The notes beneath the pieces are model-generated. The model saw only the letters and a program-made list of their open reading frames with translations. It did no database searches and was not told the origin of the DNA. From positions 1 through 19,392 of the IMG/VR virus record IMGVR_UViG_3300045988_148937: 19,392 nucleotides of DNA; one strand, given 5' to 3'. Positions 16,262 through 19,392 of the stretch are shown piece after piece. The position numbers were made by a program, and so were the translations under genes. Each line of letters opens with the position of its first letter. Positions within the stretch are counted from its first letter, which is position 1. Source of the stretch: a virus.

Positions 16262-17305
16262 GTGGAAAGAGAATACTACCCCGTTGCCAGAACGTGTTCC
16301 TACGGCGCTCCGCTAACCCTCGTCATCAGCATGCGAAGCTACGGCAAGTCCTTCGGGTTCACGTTGCGCGGCCTTAAGCGCTGGGCGAAGACGGGGGCGC
16401 AGTTCTGCTGGGTGAGACGTTACGACGACGAGACCGCCAAGACCGCGCCGAAGCTGCTTGACGACGTGCTCGCGAACGGGTACATGGAAGGATACGAGTT
16501 CCGCTACATGGGCAGGCGATGGGAAGGCCGCAAGCACGGAGACGACGAGCGTCCCTGGTCTACCGTGTGCCATTGCCTCACGCTCTCGCAGGGGCAGAGT
16601 TACAAGGGCGTCGCGTTCCCCAAGGTCGATACCGTCGTGTTCGACGAGTTCATCCGCGAGGTGAAGACCCCGCCAGGGTACCTGCGCGACGAGACGGGCG
16701 TTTTCCTCAATCTGTTGAAATCGGTGTTCAGAGACCGTCCGAACGTGCACGCCTTCGCGCTTGCCAACGCGTGCGACCTCACTGCGCCGCTGCTCGCGTT
16801 CGCCGGGGTCAGAAGCGAGGAGCAGATCGCAACGCCTTCGGGCTACAGCTGGCACAACCGCAAAAGCGTCCTCGTGCATTACGCTCACGACGCCAAGTTC
16901 GCGGCGCAGGAAGCCGAGACGGTTGTAGGCCGCCTCGTGGCGGGCACGCCGTACGCCGCCGTCATGATGGGAAACCAGTTCGCCAACGGCGGCGACAACC
17001 TCGTGGGCGCGAAGCCTGCGCGAGCACGCTACCGCTACGGCTTCGTGTACGGCGGCGAAAGGTTCGGGGTATGGCTCGACGACATCGCGGGCATATACTA
17101 CGTTAACCGAAAGATTCCCGACAACGGCGGAATGCTGTTCACGCTTCAGGCGGGAGACATGGCCGTAAACGTTCTCATGGTGGAGCGAGCCGCCCCGTTC
17201 GCCAAGGGAATAATGCGGCTGTTCGGGTTCGGGCGCGTGCTGTTCGACAACGCGGCCACTCGCGAGAAGTTCGTAAAGATGCTGGGACTGGTAGGGTTGA
17301 GATAG
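16262..17305 (+). CDS. DNA packaging ATPase, phi29 gp16-like (GTG start with AGGAGG RBS; 347 aa)
   Basis: 'VISMRSYGKSFGF' (Walker A) aligns to phi29 'VIGARGIGKSYAM'. 'FCWVRRYDDE' aligns to 'FIYVRRYKPE'. 'DTVVFDEFIRE' (Walker B) aligns to 'STIVFDEFIRE'. The ORF-track start at 15851 overlaps the hydrolase and is rejected. Confidence 0.9.
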   Translation: MEREYYPVARTCSYGAPLTLVISMRSYGKSFGFTLRGLKRWAKTGAQFCWVRRYDDETAKTAPKLLDDVLANGYMEGYEFRYMGRRWEGRKHGDDERPWSTVCHCLTLSQGQSYKGVAFPKVDTVVFDEFIREVKTPPGYLRDETGVFLNLLKSVFRDRPNVHAFALANACDLTAPLLAFAGVRSEEQIATPSGYSWHNRKSVLVHYAHDAKFAAQEAETVVGRLVAGTPYAAVMMGNQFANGGDNLVGAKPARARYRYGFVYGGERFGVWLDDIAGIYYVNRKIPDNGGMLFTLQAGDMAVNVLMVERAAPFAKGIMRLFGFGRVLFDNAATREKFVKMLGLVGLR

Positions 17306-17323
17306 CGAACGTTTGTTCGCTAT
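17302..17323 (+). other. 9-bp hairpin ATAGCGAAC-gttt-GTTCGCTAT overlapping the ATPase stop codon, with no U-tract
   Basis: Seen directly. Possible 3' stabiliser or weak terminator of the late operon. Confidence 0.4.
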
Positions 17324-17354
17324 ATAACGCTGCCGCCCAAAGCGTCCCCGTCCT

Positions 17355-17455
17355 TTTCGTTTTCGAGAACTTCGAAAAACCGTTTTCGATTTTGCGGGCG
17401 AAAACGAAACGTTCGCAAACCATCGCAGCCGAGCGCGACCGAAAACCGCGAAAAT
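17355..17455. repeat. Array of short inverted and direct repeats built on CGAAAAC / GTTTTCG: TTTTCGA-gaact-TCGAAAA; CGTTTTCG-N10-CGAAAACG; further CGAAAAC copies at about 17398, 17439 and 17449
   Basis: Motif copies and palindromes read from sequence, in a non-coding region between convergent operons. Confidence 0.5.
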
Positions 17456-17573
17456 TTAGGTTCAAGTGTTCGGAAAGCGCAATACGGTGCATCGATAGCG
17501 CACCGTATCACCCTCACGGTATGAGGCGCTATAAGGCTCTGAGAGCGTTTCTAAAGGGGCTGTTTTTTCGCGG

Positions 17574-17731
17574 TGGTATAGTTATAGCCTTTAACGCTTG
17601 CAATGCCTTAAAATCGATTATACGGCGCGCCTTGTGCGCATGAAAGCAGCCCGAAACGACGGAGCTGCAACGGCTGAAAGTAAACCGTGGCTAACTACCA
17701 TGCAAAAAGAAAGCCCGCAAGTTGCGGGCTT
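17574..17731 (+). ncRNA. Candidate small structured RNA (possible pRNA-like packaging RNA). Starts at an extended -10 TGgTATAGT (17574-17582) and ends at the 17702-17731 hairpin. An upstream nested hairpin ATAGCGC-ACCGT-N9-ACGGT-N5-GCGCTAT (17495-17535) may belong to the same or an antisense RNA
   Basis: No credible ORF in this stretch (ORF-track entries 17392..17643 and 17320..17517 overlap each other). Multiple stems. Location adjacent to the gp16-like ATPase. Purely structural inference. Confidence 0.2.
17702..17731 (-). terminator. Intrinsic terminator for the right-end leftward operon: hairpin AAGCCCGC-aagtt-GCGGGCTT followed on the - strand by TTCTTTTTG
   Basis: Stem and T-run read from the reverse complement, 8 nt past the stop of 17739..18002. 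Confidence 0.65.
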
Positions 17732-17738
17732 GAAATGC

Positions 17739-18002
17739 CTAGTGCTGAGGCTTAATCTCCGGCGCTAGCTCGATAGCCCTCCCGAAGGTTTTAACCTGAG
17801 CGAAAAGCTCCCGAGCGGTGCGCCCGCTGAAACGTACGTCATCGGGCCAGCCGTATGCGTCGTGCCACGCTATGACGGCGGTTCGGCTGTCAGAGGACAG
17901 CGAGGCGCGGGGATCGTGTGCGCCGATCGCATCGAGCGCCCGGCATGCGCGCGAAAGCTCGTTTTCAATGCGCTTTCGCGTGGTTCGTGGTGATGTCTTC
18001 AC
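17739..18002 (-). CDS. Hypothetical right-end protein (87 aa, GTG start)
   Basis: ORF with AGGTGA 7 nt upstream. Last gene of the leftward right-end operon. Confidence 0.45.
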   Translation of the reverse strand: MKTSPRTTRKRIENELSRACRALDAIGAHDPRASLSSDSRTAVIAWHDAYGWPDDVRFSGRTARELFAQVKTFGRAIELAPEIKPQH

Positions 18003-18008
18003 GTCGCA

Positions 18009-18500
18009 TCACCTGCACTTATAAGGCGCAACGGCTGCTAAACCGATCTCCGCCTCGTCGGTCTTGCGCACGAGGCGGAAAGCGCCGACGCGCCCGCCTT
18101 CACGGTGTATGATACACGCGTCGAAAGCCTTGGCAAGCTTGCAAAGCAGTTCAATGTAACTAGGGTCGAAAGCGTAGCGCGCAGGCGCTTTAAAGCCCAT
18201 TAAGACGCCTTTCACCATCGCCGTTGAAACGGGCAAAGCGGTACGCCCTGCGCTGTCTGTAGGCGCGTCGAACACGATCGTATCACCCGCAAGAGTGCGC
18301 GCGGGGTCGGCTTCACACCATGCCGGAGCATCGCCGCAATCGAGATAAACGGCGGCGATGATGAACTGGTTAGTTGCAATAAGCCCGCCAAAACTGGGAT
18401 CGTACCAGGGGCGTGAAAACTTTCCCGCCGGCCACTCTTTCCCGCGCTTCTCGCTGCACTTTGCAAGCGCCTTATACTGCTTTCCGCTGATAGTCTGCAT
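18009..18500 (-). CDS. Hypothetical right-end protein (163 aa from 'MQTISGKQYK')
   Basis: GAGAGGTAGAAAG RBS directly before this ATG. The ORF-track start at 18515 would place the RBS inside the coding sequence. Confidence 0.6.
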   Translation of the reverse strand: MQTISGKQYKALAKCSEKRGKEWPAGKFSRPWYDPSFGGLIATNQFIIAAVYLDCGDAPAWCEADPARTLAGDTIVFDAPTDSAGRTALPVSTAMVKGVLMGFKAPARYAFDPSYIELLCKLAKAFDACIIHREGGRVGAFRLVRKTDEAEIGLAAVAPYKCR

Positions 18501-18504
18501 CTTT

Positions 18505-18654
18505 CTACCTCTCATACATCACACATAACGCCGTAAACGCCACTGCCGCCGCCAGACCCGCCCAAAGCGGGGCGAAAAAAAGCGCGAAGGCTGTCACGAT
18601 GCCCGCAAGCCACAATATAGCGTTTTCCCCGCCGCGCACGTTAATCGTCCTCAT
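18505..18654 (-). CDS. Small membrane protein (~49 aa) with one long hydrophobic helix 'ILWLAGIVTAFALFFAPLWAGLAAAVAFTALCV'. Start uncertain
   Basis: The hydrophobic C-terminal half is convincing. The N-terminal part of the ORF-track version overlaps the upstream gene in another frame. ATG overlaps the upstream stop (ATGAGGACGATTAA). Confidence 0.35.
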   Translation of the reverse strand: MRTINVRGGENAILWLAGIVTAFALFFAPLWAGLAAAVAFTALCVMYER

Positions 18655-18862
18655 AATCCGAAAAATCGAATCGCATGGCCTCATACGCTTCAGCGGTGTA
18701 GTACCGCGCTGCATCTGCGAAGCTTTCGAAGCACTTTTCATCGTAGCCCCAAGGACAGCAGACCGCTACCATATAGCATTCTTCGGCCTCGTATAAGGCG
18801 ACATCGTATGTGATGCTGCGATCGTATTGCGAAGAATTTTCGCAAGTCTTGAGCAACTTCAT
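18641..18862 (-). CDS. Small highly acidic, aromatic- and Cys-rich protein (73 aa, about 17 D/E against 6 K/R; ends DYEDD). Candidate DNA-mimic or anti-defence protein
   Basis: GGGAGCG RBS 5 nt before ATG 'MKLLKT'. The upstream gene stop (TGA) lies inside the RBS region, so the genes are tightly packed. Confidence 0.55.
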   Translation of the reverse strand: MKLLKTCENSSQYDRSITYDVALYEAEECYMVAVCCPWGYDEKCFESFADAARYYTAEAYEAMRFDFSDYEDD

Positions 18863-18873
18863 TCGCTCCCGCC

Positions 18874-19053
18874 TCACTTTTCAACCCAAGCATTCCAAGA
18901 CCAGATACCGCAAACACCATCCACCAACGCCGCAAAAGCCTCTGCACTGGCTTTCGATTCAAAAAAGGCGTTATACCAGTCTTGTCCGTTGTTGTAGTAA
19001 ACCCTGTAAACCCGCGTTTTAGTGTAGTTGATTCCGTTTATCGTGGTTTCCAT
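18874..19053 (-). CDS. Hypothetical small protein (59 aa from 'METTINGINYTK')
   Basis: GGAGGCG RBS 6 nt upstream. The upstream gene stop TAA lies 2 nt before this ATG. Confidence 0.5.
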   Translation of the reverse strand: METTINGINYTKTRVYRVYYNNGQDWYNAFFESKASAEAFAALVDGVCGIWSWNAWVEK

Positions 19054-19055
19054 GG

Positions 19056-19307
19056 TTACGCCTCCACAATTGCATTTGCCTGTTGAAGCGTAAAAAAACA
19101 TTCCATAAAGCTTTCAAGCTGATACACGCAATCACGAGGAGAGCCGCAAGCCACAATCTTCTTGGGGATCCATTGACCGCTCGTGTAGTGCTCAATGTAA
19201 ACGTTGTGAGCGATTCCGCCACGATCATGAACGCGCACGTTGAAGCGTTTCATATAGGCATTCACGTAATTGATTTTGCCTTCCAAGACTTTCGCAGTGT
19301 AGCGCAT
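19056..19307 (-). CDS. Hypothetical right-terminal protein (84 aa from 'MRYTAKVLEGK'). First gene inside the right ITR
   Basis: ATG lies 11 nt after the ITR-borne GGAAGG, exactly mirroring the left-end gene 87..437. The ORF-track start at 19370 lies inside the ITR. Confidence 0.55.
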   Translation of the reverse strand: MRYTAKVLEGKINYVNAYMKRFNVRVHDRGGIAHNVYIEHYTSGQWIPKKIVACGSPRDCVYQLESFMECFFTLQQANAIVEA

Positions 19308-19313
19308 GAGGCA

Positions 19314-19392
19314 CCTACCTTCCAATCCGGGGGGCTTCCCTCGCCCCCAACTGCGATCACATCTTATCACGTGCGAAAGCGGTACACAATTT
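19314..19392. repeat. Right inverted terminal repeat, 79 bp
   Basis: Reverse complement equals 1..79 exactly. Confidence 0.95.

Noticed and set aside
17455-17475. 'TAGGTTCAAGTGTTCGG', superficially resembling a tRNA T-arm
   Set aside because: No complementary T-stem, acceptor stem or D-arm could be folded around it, so no tRNA is called.
17320-17643. ORFs 17392..17643 (+) and 17320..17517 (-) within the right non-coding region
   Set aside because: They overlap each other, lack an RBS and have odd composition. The region is dominated by hairpins and short repeats and is better explained as non-coding or regulatory.

Overview
The window looks like a complete linear phage genome rather than a fragment. 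The first 79 nt are the exact reverse complement of the last 79 nt, so the window edges coincide with the genome termini. The proteins identify a phi29-like (Salasmaviridae/Picovirinae-type) podovirus that replicates by protein priming. The family-B DNA polymerase carries the phi29 N-terminal block 'DFETTT..DCRVWA' and all exonuclease and polymerase motifs (YSDTDS). A translationally coupled basic protein directly upstream is the terminal-protein candidate. Further phi29-type proteins are a scaffold (gp7-like), major capsid protein (gp8-like), tail knob (gp9-like), connector/portal (gp10-like) and FtsK-type packaging ATPase (gp16-like). Unlike phi29 (about 40% GC), this genome looks GC-rich (roughly 55-60% by eye in the core, lower at both ends), which would fit a high-GC Gram-positive host (inference). 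Layout: a left early module of seven small genes (+ strand), then TP-DNAP-holin-GH25 endolysin, then one antisense small gene at a divergent promoter region, then the late structural and packaging operon, then a structured non-coding region, and finally a right-end module of six small genes on the - strand reading inward. Items worth follow-up: promoter- and RBS-like elements inside the ITR that could drive both terminal genes; an early/late switch region with a palindromic dual -10; a possible packaging RNA next to the ATPase gene; domain shuffling in the tail hydrolase; an unusual endolysin C-terminus; a mosaic tail fibre; and an acidic DNA-mimic-like right-end protein. No tRNA, CRISPR, integrase or transposase was recognised.
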